DNA from: Spirochaetota bacterium
GTDB lineage: Bacteria > Spirochaetota > UBA4802 > UBA5550
Assembly: GCA_050298055.1 (NCBI GenBank)
Contig: JBNKTL010000009.1
Span: 2,930 to 66,929 of the forward strand
Length of the DNA stretch: 64,000 nt
Reading direction: 5' to 3'
This document shows, one piece after another, positions 63,726 to 64,000 of the stretch. The translations under genes and the position numbers were made by a program. The notes under the pieces are model-generated. The model was not told where the DNA came from. It worked only from the letters and a program-made list of their open reading frames with translations, and did not search any database. Within the stretch, counting starts at the first letter, position 1, and each line of letters starts with the position of its first letter.

Positions 63726-64000
63726 TTGAAATTGTATCATATACTGATTGTGGAAGATGATAAACATGCATGCCAGTACCTGCTTCAATTGTTGAAGGAT
63801 GAACCTGACATTGAATCGGTCCGGTCGGCTTCATCGGGTTCCGAGGCATTGCCTTTTTTGCAAAATGACACGGCGGACCTTGTTTTCCTTGATATCCACC
63901 TCCCCGATATTACCGGGATGGAACTGCTGGAAAAGCTGGAAAGGGTCCCCTATATTATTTTCATGACCGTTGATGAAAAGTATGCCCGGAAGGCCTTTGA
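63726..64000 (+). CDS. response regulator receiver, LytR/AlgR-type by receiver features (3' end outside the window)
   Basis: In-frame translation KLYHILIVEDDKHACQYLLQLL...DLVFLDIHLPDITGMELLEKLERVPYIIFMTVDEKYARKAF. A TTG start after GAAGGAAA is tentative (TTG-63732 also possible). The output domain is not visible. Confidence 0.55.
   Translation, partial: MKLYHILIVEDDKHACQYLLQLLKDEPDIESVRSASSGSEALPFLQNDTADLVFLDIHLPDITGMELLEKLERVPYIIFMTVDEKYARKAF

Overview
All calls below come from reading the sequence and the ORF translations by eye. No HMM, BLAST or covariance-model search was run, so domain names are motif-based. Start codons were adjusted only where a Shine-Dalgarno sequence or a signal peptide supported the change.

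The window looks like ordinary chromosome from an anaerobic, Desulfobacterota/deltaproteobacterium-like organism. That guess rests on gene content: rubredoxin, a DsrMK/HdrD-like membrane Fe-S oxidoreductase, a membrane pyrophosphatase, three-domain DsbD and an SQR-like flavoprotein. About 45% of the window is signal-transduction genes, in two large single-strand arrays:
- Array A (7278-23554, minus strand): 2 periplasmic solute-binding proteins (SBPs), 4 histidine kinases that share one transmitter cassette, a stand-alone receiver, a REC-fused HisKA_2 kinase and another receiver.
- Array B (31464-44028, plus strand): an SBP, a Cache kinase with a Cph1-type H-box, 2 Rcp1-like receivers, a REC-PAS-HisKA_2 kinase, REC-PAS-HD-GYP, 2 more kinases, a receiver and a REC protein with a degenerate HD-GYP domain.

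The first five tiers of array B repeat the order of array A. Neither array has a DNA-binding output. This repeated multi-tier cascade is the most system-like unexplained feature of the window.

Housekeeping content:
- pldA, a TetR regulator coupled to an ABC1 kinase, an Atm1-like ABC exporter and plsC
- a SAM-I riboswitch controlling metX-metW
- map, a PilZ protein, tRNA-Glu and tRNA-Lys, purA
- an NlpD-like LytM factor, dsbD, a rubredoxin the ORF track missed, a DinG-like helicase
- hppA and two methyltransferases

Other items worth a second look:
- a C-x2-[C/H]-x12-C-x2-C knuckle inside two PAS domains
- a family of GC-hairpin repeats with a compensatory stem change
- a triple GGGGCTCTGACCC repeat upstream of metX
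- a 25-bp inverted repeat that covers a kinase start codon
- a small secreted cationic 6-Cys protein
- an operon of two lipoproteins sharing a 4-Cys module plus an FGE-domain lipoprotein

I found no CRISPR array, transposase, integrase, prophage genes or recognisable defence system.
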